Source: an uncultured bacterium
Lineage (GTDB): Bacteria; Patescibacteriota; Minisyncoccia; UBA6257; 2-01-FULL-56-20
NCBI GenBank assembly: GCA_963707865.1
Contig: OY970175.1
Span: 300,352 to 364,351, forward strand
DNA: 64,000 nt
Direction: 5' to 3'
Below are positions 39,050-47,981 of the stretch, piece after piece. Position numbers and translations under genes: made by a program. The notes below the pieces were generated by a model. The model was not told the DNA's origin and ran no database searches. It worked only from the letters and a program-made list of their open reading frames with translations. Position 1 is the stretch's first letter. Every line of letters starts with the position of its first letter.

Positions 39050-39252
39050 GGGGTTTGGGTGCCTTTCTTGCCGAATAAATTTTATAACACGGGCGAGCAT
39101 CTTCTATATCATATCATGGCGGTCGGAATGATAGGCAGCTCTCATCAAGAATCTTGCCCTCATTAAGCTCGTGATTGGGATCGCCGCGGACATCGCTCCA
39201 CTCGAAGAAAAAGAGTAAGAAAAGTAGCAGGGTCACGGCGCCGCCACATCCA

Positions 39253-39804
39253 TCACTGATTCGCAGAGGCAAAAGCGACAAGCCGATGTCGCAGCGTCGC
39301 GCGAACACCTAATTCCCTTTTGGTCGCCCACGCGTAGACGCCGAAGAACACCGCGCCAAACCCAAAGTCCCCGAGAAGTGTGTTACGAAAGAAAGGAATT
39401 GCCGCCACGTAACACGCAGCGAGACCCGCGAGCGTGTGCGGATACCATGGCGAGAGCGCCCACACGGCGAAATTCGTTGAGAGATAAAAGAGAACGGAAC
39501 CGCCCGCAGCGCCGAGCGCAAACTTCCGCCATTTAAAATTCGTGCCAATGCCGATCCAGCCGCCGAAGAAGGTTGCGAGTGCGAATGACCCGTAGACCAC
39601 TGCCATGAGCCGCCAATCGTAAAATCCGATCACGGCGTCAGAAACGAACATCGCACCGAGTACGATGCCGATGCTCTGCTTTCGCGGCAAGCGCGCGCCG
39701 AGAAAAAGCGTGAGCGCGCCGATCGGCGCGAAATTCGCCGGATGCGGCAGGAGCCGGAACGACGCGGCAGCGAGTGCAAGAAGGATCGCAAGAAAATATT
39801 TCAT
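39253..39804 (-). CDS. small polytopic membrane protein (ECF-transporter S-component-like), putative corrinoid transporter
   Basis: Start MKYFLAILLALAAA (ORF track 39253..39900). About 183 aa, 5-6 TM helices. Last gene of the riboswitch/DUF4430 operon. The S-component assignment is inference from size and topology only. Confidence 0.45.
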   Translation of the reverse strand: MKYFLAILLALAAASFRLLPHPANFAPIGALTLFLGARLPRKQSIGIVLGAMFVSDAVIGFYDWRLMAVVYGSFALATFFGGWIGIGTNFKWRKFALGAAGGSVLFYLSTNFAVWALSPWYPHTLAGLAACYVAAIPFFRNTLLGDFGFGAVFFGVYAWATKRELGVRATLRHRLVAFASANQ

Positions 39805-39817
39805 GGTGATAGTGTTG

Positions 39818-40288
39818 TTATTGCTGCTGCGACGCGGTAAATTTCCATGCGATGCGGTCGCCCGCATGCACCGCGGTGTGATCGGCGCCCTCCGTAGCAT
39901 ACACGCCGTTCACCCAGTACTGCCAGTACGCACCGCCTACACCATTTATTTTATCACCAATTTCCGTGATGAGAATCCCCGTGCCTGGATAGACCTTGTA
40001 ATTGAAAGCAAGTCCGGCATTCGCGGCAGCAACCTGGACCACCGAAAAAACGGTGGAGGCAGCGATTATAGAAACGGTGCCGTTCACAATATCTTTCGTA
40101 CCATCAAAGACAACGAGCGTTGCGGAAGCAACTGACGGCAGCGCGGGCATGGACACGGACGACGACGGGGCTTCAGTGGAAACCGCTATGGGTGCGGCTG
40201 CCGGCGCCGATGAAAAGGAATGCCATCCTGCCCAACCAGCAAGTGCTGCCGCAGCTACAATGCAAGCAATGATAAAAACTCTTTTCAT
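39818..40288 (-). CDS. secreted DUF4430-domain protein (BtuH/transcobalamin-like fold)
   Basis: Signal peptide. LVVFDGTKDIVNGTV...GGAYWQYWVNGVYATEGADHTAVHAGDRIAWKF matches the DUF4430 C-terminal signature (yW.Y.VNG...GD.I.w.Y). Confidence 0.7.
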   Translation of the reverse strand: MKRVFIIACIVAAAALAGWAGWHSFSSAPAAAPIAVSTEAPSSSVSMPALPSVASATLVVFDGTKDIVNGTVSIIAASTVFSVVQVAAANAGLAFNYKVYPGTGILITEIGDKINGVGGAYWQYWVNGVYATEGADHTAVHAGDRIAWKFTASQQQ

Positions 40289-42204
40289 CGGTTCTTGCAA
40301 AGATTATTCAGAACTGCGCGGGTTGCAGGACCGACAAAGCCGTTGCCGGACAAAAGCCCGTTCGGCGCAAGGATCTGATCGGCAAAAATATTCTGAAAGG
40401 CAACGGTCGCGTTTTTCGTTCCATTACCAAAGTAGGCGGTCTCGTTGCCTGGCGAACCGGGGCCGTCCTTCGCGACCTCCGTAAGCGGAGCGTAGTTGAA
40501 AACCTTTTGGAGATTCTCTACGTCGGGATCATGCATTCCCTGATGCAAGTTTTTATTGAACGTGACCGCACAATTGTTCGTTTTGAACTCAAGCGTGACC
40601 AATTCCTTTTCCAGATCAATGAGCTCGCCGATCACGCTCGTCGTTGACGCACCGAGGACCTCCCCCGCCGTTGAGGTCTGGGTAGCCGTGGTCATGCTCT
40701 GCAGAGAAAGCGATGACGAGGATGCCGCTGGCGAAGGCAACGCCGACACGTTTTCTCCACCACCGGAGCTCGCGGATGTAGTCGGCGCCGTGACCGTGAG
40801 CGGCAATCTGGAACCGTCGCCGTAGTACCAGACCACGTTGTCGCCTTGCTTCACGTTATAATCCGCCGCACTGACCGAAGGCGAAACAGAATTCACAAGA
40901 TACAGCCATCCGTCCGCGCCCGATGCCGCAACGGATCCGATCTGGTCCACGTATGATCCGGAGCTGTACTGGTGGATGTGATAGCTCACGTCGCAGGATG
41001 ACGACGCGTCCGCGAGAACGTCCATCGCCGTGAGCGCAGGCCCCGTGCCTGCGCAGAGTTCCGCGAACGGTCCTTCAATACGGTAAGAAACCTGCACGGG
41101 CGCCGGTCCACCACCACCGCTACCACCCCCTCCCCCGTTCCCTCCTCCCACTAGCACAACAATCCCCGATGTCGACGAGGTCGCCGTGGTGCTTGTAGCT
41201 GTCGTGCTCGTAGCTATCGTGCTGGAGACCGGCGTGATTATGGCGGTCGGTAAAAACTTTTCAAGGAGTGCGATCACAGCGTATGAAGTTGTCACCGGAC
41301 TGAACGAATCCTCGCCACTCCCCGACTGGTATTCAAAAAATCCGGAGGATGTGTTCTGAAACGAAAGCAAATTCGCCACGGGATCGGCGCCGCTCGCCGC
41401 GATCCAGGCGGACGACGTCGGACGTTGCCCGAACGCATTGATCACGGAAACGATCCACGAATCGGATGAGGCATCCGTAGACGTCCCGTAAGGGCTCGTG
41501 GGATCATACGAAAACCCGCCATCGGGGTTTTGCGCACTCTTCAAATATTTGGTCGCATTCTGAATGGCAAAGTCGGAAACGTTTGATCCGGTTGCAAGGA
41601 GCGCCATGACGGCGGCGGCGGTCGTATTCGTATCGCTCGTTCCGCCGATGGCATATGCGAAGCCGCCGTCAGTGGCGTTCTGATTGTTCAACAAAAAACT
41701 TCGCGCGCCCGAGACCGTCGGATCACTTGACGACACTCCCGCCGCACGCAATGCGAGCAATCCAAAAATATCGTCGTTAAGCGTAGAGGTGCCGCCGATC
41801 TCGCCCGTCGTCGTGCTCACGAAACTCTCAAGGTCCGCAACGAGGTCTTCGCCGCCGATAAATGTGCGCGGATCGTTGCCGGTTGCCGCAATCGCCATAA
41901 TCGGCGCCTCAAGAGCAATTGCCGTAGAGGTGCTCGTGCCCGCGAGCGCAAGCGACACAGAAGAAGTGCTCGGTATATTGCCCGCTGCAGAAAGCGCCAT
42001 GATGCTCCATGGATTAAGCGGCTTGGATTGCAAATAAGAAACAGCAGCAGCGATCGCCGAGGCGATGTCCGGCGTCGTGGAAGCGGTGGTGGAAATGGTG
42101 GAAGTGGTAGTGGCGGAGCTCGTATCCGCAAGTGAATGCGCAGGCAGTGCCATGAACGCTGCAACGGCAAACAAGAGAACGACGAATAAGAAAGTTTTTT
42201 TCAT
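40285..42204 (-). CDS. secreted fusion protein: prenyltransferase/terpene-cyclase-like alpha-toroid repeats + DUF4430 + peptidoglycan-binding domain
   Basis: Signal peptide. Repeats GGFAYAIGGTSDTNTTAAAVMALL and DGGFSYDPTSPYGTSTDASS. Internal DUF4430 block (WLYLVNSV...KQGDNVVWYYG). C-terminal PG_binding_1-like FQNIFADQILAPNGLLSGNGFVGPATRAVL. Confidence 0.65.
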   Translation of the reverse strand: MKKTFLFVVLLFAVAAFMALPAHSLADTSSATTTSTISTTASTTPDIASAIAAAVSYLQSKPLNPWSIMALSAAGNIPSTSSVSLALAGTSTSTAIALEAPIMAIAATGNDPRTFIGGEDLVADLESFVSTTTGEIGGTSTLNDDIFGLLALRAAGVSSSDPTVSGARSFLLNNQNATDGGFAYAIGGTSDTNTTAAAVMALLATGSNVSDFAIQNATKYLKSAQNPDGGFSYDPTSPYGTSTDASSDSWIVSVINAFGQRPTSSAWIAASGADPVANLLSFQNTSSGFFEYQSGSGEDSFSPVTTSYAVIALLEKFLPTAIITPVSSTIATSTTATSTTATSSTSGIVVLVGGGNGGGGGSGGGGPAPVQVSYRIEGPFAELCAGTGPALTAMDVLADASSSCDVSYHIHQYSSGSYVDQIGSVAASGADGWLYLVNSVSPSVSAADYNVKQGDNVVWYYGDGSRLPLTVTAPTTSASSGGGENVSALPSPAASSSSLSLQSMTTATQTSTAGEVLGASTTSVIGELIDLEKELVTLEFKTNNCAVTFNKNLHQGMHDPDVENLQKVFNYAPLTEVAKDGPGSPGNETAYFGNGTKNATVAFQNIFADQILAPNGLLSGNGFVGPATRAVLNNLCKNR

Positions 42205-42400
42205 GAAACGAAAAATCCCGCAACGGGCGGGACGACAGGCGACAATGCAGCACCTCCATCGTCCCTTAGCTCGAGGAACCTGGTTTATTTTTATTTATCA
42301 AGAATGGTAATCGGACTTTCCGCGACTCCGCGGATCACCGTAGCGGCACTGTGCGGGACTCCCACCCGCTTCCCCATTCCTGATTAACAACCTTTCAAAT
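42205..42400 (-). ncRNA. cobalamin (B12) riboswitch-like leader with intrinsic-terminator expression platform
   Basis: Minus-strand RNA: ...AAUGGGGAAGCGGGUGGGAGUCCCGCACAGUGCCGCUACGGUGAUCC... matches the conserved GGGAA..GGUG..UCC..AC.G.CCGC.AC.GUGA core. A hairpin UCCCGCCCGUUGCGGGAUUUUU ends 8 nt before the start codon. Confidence 0.6.
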
Positions 42401-42458
42401 TTTCAACGATGCCTATCCAGTGTAAGAACCCACCCTAACACGCGTCAAGGGCTTTTCT

Positions 42459-43184
42459 GTGGATAACTCCGCGACCATCCCACGAACACAAGTAAACGAC
42501 GATTTGATAGAATTAAGGGCAATGAAAGACCCAACAAAATTACTCGGAACAACCGAGAAAATTATCAACAAAATCATGGAACATTGGAAAGGTAATAAGT
42601 GGTTTTTTGTTGGTGATATGGTTCTAGTTCTTGGCGTGTCCGTTGTTGGATTTTTTGCGATATTCGGAACTGTATTTTATGGACTAAATCAGTATCGTAA
42701 TTGGAAAAGTCTTTCTTCTGGTGTGGTTTTTACAACTTCAACAACAGATATTTTTACTCCTATAAACTCGCCCCTAAGTGTTAGCGGGACAGATAATGCC
42801 GTAGCGGTTGGTCAAGGTGCACGGGCGACAGTTCAGAAATATCCTCCGCCCACATTTGAATATTATGTAGTTGGGGTTGTCGTTGCTAATCCATTCAAGG
42901 GAATATATGACGAAAGTTTTGACGGAGTATATACAAAAATCTTTGATTGGAAAACTACGTATTTAAATGGACTCCCCCCTCCTACCGGAAAAATAGTTCC
43001 CGTATCATCCCTGTCGTGTTCGCCAACGTATCCCGATATGGTTTCCAATCAACCCGATCGGTTTAAAACTCAGAGCCTCATTGATCTTGGAAATAATAAG
43101 GTCGTAAATATAGAAGAAGTCACTTGCACGTCAACTTCGCCGATAATTGATGATGGGAAATTGTTTAAATATCAAGATACTTGA
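42459..43184 (+). CDS. hypothetical membrane-anchored protein (low-GC island)
   Basis: 241 aa. Single TM near residue 50-70. AT-rich codon usage unlike neighbours. No recognisable domain. Confidence 0.45.
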   Translation: MDNSATIPRTQVNDDLIELRAMKDPTKLLGTTEKIINKIMEHWKGNKWFFVGDMVLVLGVSVVGFFAIFGTVFYGLNQYRNWKSLSSGVVFTTSTTDIFTPINSPLSVSGTDNAVAVGQGARATVQKYPPPTFEYYVVGVVVANPFKGIYDESFDGVYTKIFDWKTTYLNGLPPPTGKIVPVSSLSCSPTYPDMVSNQPDRFKTQSLIDLGNNKVVNIEEVTCTSTSPIIDDGKLFKYQDT

Positions 43185-43242
43185 CCAAAAACCACCAGCA
43201 ATGGCGGTTGATTTTTAGGGATTTTCGTAGTACAATGCCTCC

Positions 43243-43674
43243 ATGTCCGCAAGCCATTTCCACGACCTTTTGAGAACGAGAGGAAAAGAGTATGAATCTT
43301 GGACTCCTATGTATTGCTCTGCATTAAGAGATTATATTCACTTTACAAAAAGAGGGTTTAATCACCTACGGTTTAATATTGATAATACTCCCAGAAATCC
43401 GAAGGAAGTAATGTATAAGATAGGTCTTTTACCCCTTGTGCGTCCCGCGATTTATAAAGCTGTAAGAGTTGAATATGAGAAACGTCTCGCTCCCGTTGGA
43501 GGCACAAGGAAAAAAGTTTTAAAGGAGATGGAGTACTGGGCGATTACAGAAGTAGTCGGAAAACAAAATGTTAAGATAAAAGTCGTTGTGAGAAAAATTG
43601 GCAAAGGACAGATACACTTTTGGAGCATTATGAAGCTCGCCGAAAATCAAAACACCCCAAAAGGGGTGTCCTGA
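43243..43674 (+). CDS. hypothetical protein (low-GC island)
   Basis: 143 aa, basic. No recognisable domain. Hairpin ACACCCC-AAAA-GGGGTGT at the 3' end. Confidence 0.4.
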   Translation: MSASHFHDLLRTRGKEYESWTPMYCSALRDYIHFTKRGFNHLRFNIDNTPRNPKEVMYKIGLLPLVRPAIYKAVRVEYEKRLAPVGGTRKKVLKEMEYWAITEVVGKQNVKIKVVVRKIGKGQIHFWSIMKLAENQNTPKGVS

Positions 43675-44128
43675 TGTGCCCGTCTCGGCTTTGGAAATTC
43701 CTTATCCGAAATAGGCTTTCGCCAGCGAACACACCCCTATTATACGTCCGATGCCGCAAAAAGGTCAAGCCCCCCCCCTGTGAATAGCTGCGTAAAAACC
43801 TATATAATTTAGCTATGGACAAAAAATCGTTTGAAACTGCTTTGAAGCAGACAATAACGCACCAAGAAGGGAAGCGAAACGCTCATTGTCGTTGCGCCGA
43901 TTGTAGTGCCAAACGAAAGCGTCAAGGTAAGAAAGCAGGTACTTCTTTGAAATAACCTTGTGCGTCCCGCGCACGCTCCGCTTCACATGCGCCCAGAACC
44001 GACGCCATTTATTCTGCCGTTGTAGTAATGATGAGAACCCCTAAAATGACCCGGGGTGAATTTATAAGACCGTAGAAAATCGCACAGGTTCTTGAAAGAC
44101 CAATTCTTCAGTCGGGACATGACTTACT

Positions 44129-44482
44129 CTATCCAGTTGGACAAAGTGATCTAATCGGCAATGACAAGAACGAAGACTTTTCTACATTCTTAGGGAAAAA
44201 ACGAGTGATTCTCTTGGCAGCCATATATCTCTGACGTGCTTCAAGTATTTTCCAATATTTTTTATCTGCATGACGATTAAGAAGCTCGTCTGGTAAATCA
44301 TTGCGACAGATATTTTCAACATAACCCGTCACCGACTCACGGATCTCGTGCTCAACTCGCTCTATGGTCTTTGCGTCCTCAATCAAATCAAAATCCAAAC
44401 AAACAGCTCTGTAGTTATTTCGTCTAAATGGAAAAATGATTATTCGCGCCACCCCTCGTTTTTTTGTGTTAAGATAAGTCAT
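44129..44482 (-). CDS. hypothetical protein (low-GC island)
   Basis: 117 aa. No recognisable motif. Convergent with the 43243 gene. Confidence 0.35.
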   Translation of the reverse strand: MTYLNTKKRGVARIIIFPFRRNNYRAVCLDFDLIEDAKTIERVEHEIRESVTGYVENICRNDLPDELLNRHADKKYWKILEARQRYMAAKRITRFFPKNVEKSSFLSLPIRSLCPTG

Positions 44483-44591
44483 ACTCTATAGTGTTATTAT
44501 AGCACAATTTGTTTCGCCACAAAGCATACAACAGAGATAAGTAAAAATCAAGCTATCGAGAAAACCGAAAAAAAGCTGCTTTTGTATACTG

Positions 44592-45776
44592 CTACCTGCG
44601 TGGCGTGGAGACAACGAGGAAAAGTGCAAAGCCAATGAGCGATACCACCGCGGCATATCCGAGCGCGACGCTTGAATCAACGGCTGTCCATAAAAGTCCG
44701 CCGATAAGGCCGGCGCCGAGCGACGAAAAGCCGACCGCCATGTTTAAAAATCCCTGGGCCGTCGCGATGAGCTCGTGCTCCGCGCCGAACGCTTTCGCGG
44801 CGAGCATCCGCTGCATCCCGTCGGTCGCCGCGGAATAAAGCCCGAGCGCGGCGAACGAGGCCGTAAGCATCACGATGTGTGCAGAAGACAGCAATCCGAA
44901 ATACGCAAGGACCGCGACGAGAAATCCTCCTGCGATCACCGCGCGCTCTCCAATCCGATCTGCCAGGCGGCCGAGAGGTATTGAAAAGATCACGAACGCA
45001 AAGCTATACACGAAATACATGAGCGGCACATCGGCGATGTTGCCTACCTCCTTCGCCTTCAAAAGCACGAGGGCGATGGGAAGCGTGCCAAGGCCGAAAA
45101 CAAAAATGGAAATGACAATGGACACGAAACGCCGATGCGTGCGGAAAAGGTTCCAGTTCAAACGCGGACGCGGTTTTTGAACGGCGCTTTCAACTTTTTT
45201 GTCTTTCACAAACACGAAAGACGCGATGGCAAGGAATCCAAGCACGAAAGCGATGAAGAAAAGTTTCTTATAGCTCCCGCCCAAAAACGGCAAAAGAAAA
45301 AATGCCGAGAGCGGGCCGATCGTCGCACCCAAGGTGTCCATCGCGCGATGAAAACCGTAGGAACGGCCAAGCTCCGATTCGGGCGTGGACTCCGCGATCA
45401 ACGCGTCGCGCGGGGCATCGCGGAAGCCCTTGCCCACGCGGTCCACGACGCGCAGGCCGAACACCTGCCAAAAGTTCTGCACGAACATCAGAAACCACCG
45501 CGTGGCAACCGAAATGACATACCCCACGACCGCCGGCAGTTTGCGCTTGTGGACCCGGTCCGAAAACCATCCGGAGACCACCTTGAGCACGCTTGAGATC
45601 GCGTCCGCCGCGCCGTCTATAAAACCCACGAAGACCGCGGGGGCGCCCAAGACAGAGGTAAGGAAGACGGGCATCACCGACTGCACCATTTCGCCCGAAA
45701 GATCGTTGAACATACTGACGAGTCCGAGGAAGAAAATATTCTTCCGCACGCCTGCAATCTTTTTCTCTTCATCCAT
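44592..45776 (-). CDS. MFS transporter
   Basis: Start MDEEKKIAGVRKNIFFLGLV (ORF track extends to 46025, antisense to the next gene). 12 predicted TM helices. MFS signature GxxxDRxGKG-like VVDRVGKGFRDAPRDA loop. Confidence 0.8.
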   Translation of the reverse strand: MDEEKKIAGVRKNIFFLGLVSMFNDLSGEMVQSVMPVFLTSVLGAPAVFVGFIDGAADAISSVLKVVSGWFSDRVHKRKLPAVVGYVISVATRWFLMFVQNFWQVFGLRVVDRVGKGFRDAPRDALIAESTPESELGRSYGFHRAMDTLGATIGPLSAFFLLPFLGGSYKKLFFIAFVLGFLAIASFVFVKDKKVESAVQKPRPRLNWNLFRTHRRFVSIVISIFVFGLGTLPIALVLLKAKEVGNIADVPLMYFVYSFAFVIFSIPLGRLADRIGERAVIAGGFLVAVLAYFGLLSSAHIVMLTASFAALGLYSAATDGMQRMLAAKAFGAEHELIATAQGFLNMAVGFSSLGAGLIGGLLWTAVDSSVALGYAAVVSLIGFALFLVVSTPRR

Positions 45777-45816
45777 CACTCTATTATACCGCGCGTTTTG
45801 GGATATACTAAAGAAT

Positions 45817-46983
45817 ATGCCTCTGCAAAAAAGATCTGTCATTTCTCGCGCGCGGAGCTGGTACGCGCGCTTTGAGCGGCCGATCTCATCACTGTCACTC
45901 GTGAGCGGTTTCATATTTGACGCACTCACGCTGCGGCGCGTGGACGTATGGTTAGATAATTTCTGGGTCATCGCGCACCTTGCGATCGTCACGATCTGCG
46001 CCGTCTGGATCAATCTCTTGGACAATACCGTGAGTGAGAGTGGCGTGCGACCGGAAGCGGACCCGCGCCGGCTTCACTTCTGGCTCGTGAACATCATGCA
46101 ATTCTTTTTTGGCGGTATTCTGTCTGTCTATCTGGTCTTTTATTTCCAAAGTGGAACATTTGCAACCAGCTGGCCGTTCCTTTTGATCCTTGCTCTCGCG
46201 TTCATTGCGAACGAATCCCTGAAGCGCCACTTCGCGCGCCTCTCGTTCCAGATCGCACTCCTATTCCTCGCATTTTATTCCTTTGCCATCTACCTTATGC
46301 CGATCCTCCTGCACGAGATCAACACCGCGGTGTTCCTCGTGAGTGGCGCGGTGAGCGTTGCCGCGATCGGCGTCCTCCTTTTTGTCCTTGCCCGTTTCTC
46401 GCGCGAGCGGTTCGTGGGGTGGAGCGGCTGGGCGGTGTTCCTTTCCAGCGCGGGGATACTCGTCCTCGTGAACGGGCTTTATTTTTTGAACCTCATCCCG
46501 CCGCTTCCCCTATCGCTCAAAGACGCTGACGTATATCACTCGCTCGTCATAAACGGTCCCGGCAATTACACGGTGACCGACGAACACCAACCTACGACCG
46601 GCCTCACGTCGGTGGATTTCCTCGCACGTTTTTTCGCAGTGAGCCAAACCGTCCACATCATATCGGGTGATTCGCTCACGGCCTATACCGCCGTCTTTTC
46701 TCCCACGGCATTGAACGCGAACGTCATCCACGAATGGCAATACTACGACGCAACGACGGGTGCCTGGGTCACGCGCGGGCGCATTTTGCTCTCCGTTGTC
46801 GGCGGGCGTGACGGCGGCTATCGTACCTTTTCCGAAGAATCTGCGATCACCGCCGGCCCCTGGCGCGTGAATGTGGAATCCCCGACCAGCCAGATCATCG
46901 GGCGCCTGAATTTTGACGTCGTCGTGCAGAACGCCGAACCCGCGTTTATCGCAAAAACAATCGGCGGAACAACAACGAACTGA
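45817..46983 (+). CDS. hypothetical polytopic membrane protein with C-terminal soluble domain
   Basis: ORF 45385..46983, but upstream of 45817 it is antisense to the MFS gene. Start MPLQKRSVISRARSWYARF. 6-8 TM helices, then about 130-aa soluble domain. Confidence 0.6.
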   Translation: MPLQKRSVISRARSWYARFERPISSLSLVSGFIFDALTLRRVDVWLDNFWVIAHLAIVTICAVWINLLDNTVSESGVRPEADPRRLHFWLVNIMQFFFGGILSVYLVFYFQSGTFATSWPFLLILALAFIANESLKRHFARLSFQIALLFLAFYSFAIYLMPILLHEINTAVFLVSGAVSVAAIGVLLFVLARFSRERFVGWSGWAVFLSSAGILVLVNGLYFLNLIPPLPLSLKDADVYHSLVINGPGNYTVTDEHQPTTGLTSVDFLARFFAVSQTVHIISGDSLTAYTAVFSPTALNANVIHEWQYYDATTGAWVTRGRILLSVVGGRDGGYRTFSEESAITAGPWRVNVESPTSQIIGRLNFDVVVQNAEPAFIAKTIGGTTTN

Positions 46984-46993
46984 TACGCCGACT

Positions 46994-47857
46994 ATGATCT
47001 CCTTCACGCACGCAATAACGCTCGGCCTTCTCCAAGGCATCACGGAACTTTTCCCAATCTCAAGCTTGGGGCACAGCATCATCCTCCCGGGCCTTTTGGG
47101 ATGGCATTTTGACGAGAATGCAACGGACGTGGTGGAATTCCTGGTCGCCACGCACCTTGCGACCGCACTCGTATTGTTCTTCATCTATTGGAAGGATTGG
47201 ATGCGCGTTGTACGAGGCATTTTCCGATCACTTGCGGCACGCGAAATCGCGCCGGCCGATGCCGACGCAAAACTTGGCTGGCTCCTTGTTGCGGGTACCG
47301 TACCCGTCGGCATCGCGGGACTCTTGTTTGAAGAACAAGCAAAACAATTTTTCACCTCCCCGCGCCAGGCAGCGCTCTTTCTTATGGTGAACGGCGTTAT
47401 CCTTCTTGCCGCCGAACTCCTGCGCCGCCGCAAGACGCGAACAAAGCCGCAGGGCGAGATCGTTGAAGGCGCAGACGAGCGGATCGCAAAGCTCACGTGG
47501 CTACGGGCGATCAAAGTCGGCTGCATGCAAATACTCGCGCTCGTGCCGGGCATTTCGCGGACCGGCTCCGCCATGACGGGAGGTCTCTTCGTAGGTCTCT
47601 CGCACGAAGACGCGCTGCGCTTCTCATTCCTCCTCGCGACGCCCATCATCGGCGCCGCCGCGCTTCTTGAACTGCCCGGACTTTTTGCCGCGGGCGGCGC
47701 GATCTTAGAAGCGGCGCTCGTGGGCGCCCTCGCCGCCGCTGTCGCCGCCTATCTCTCCGTCAAATTCCTCGTCCGCCACTTCAAAACAAAAACGCTTCTT
47801 CCTTTTGCGGTCTATTGTCTTTGTGCTGGCGCACTCGCGCTATTTCTTATCCACTGA
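46994..47857 (+). CDS. uppP: undecaprenyl-diphosphate phosphatase
   Basis: Start MISFTHAITLGLLQGITELFPISSLGHSIIL (UppP/BacA motif ...EFLPVSSSGH...). 8 TM helices. ORF track 46913 extension is unsupported. Confidence 0.88.
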   Translation: MISFTHAITLGLLQGITELFPISSLGHSIILPGLLGWHFDENATDVVEFLVATHLATALVLFFIYWKDWMRVVRGIFRSLAAREIAPADADAKLGWLLVAGTVPVGIAGLLFEEQAKQFFTSPRQAALFLMVNGVILLAAELLRRRKTRTKPQGEIVEGADERIAKLTWLRAIKVGCMQILALVPGISRTGSAMTGGLFVGLSHEDALRFSFLLATPIIGAAALLELPGLFAAGGAILEAALVGALAAAVAAYLSVKFLVRHFKTKTLLPFAVYCLCAGALALFLIH

Positions 47858-47981
47858 CCCACCTGTGAAGTTTCTATACCGAAAGCGTTCCTTGTCGGAA
47901 TGCTTTTTCGTAGGCGGCGATCCCCCAAAACCATTAACGAAATCGTTCAAAAACCTATATTTTATGGCCAATCTTGCTGTT

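Noticed and set aside
43650-43680. Hairpin ACACCCC-AAAA-GGGGTGT as a terminator
   Set aside because: It lies inside the last codons of the 143-aa ORF and is not followed by a U-run. So it is listed only as evidence text, not as a terminator feature.
45385-45816. 144-codon N-terminal extension of the 45817..46983 membrane-protein ORF
   Set aside because: Antisense to the well-supported MFS transporter gene, with low-complexity basic composition. The hydrophobic protein proper begins at Met 45817.
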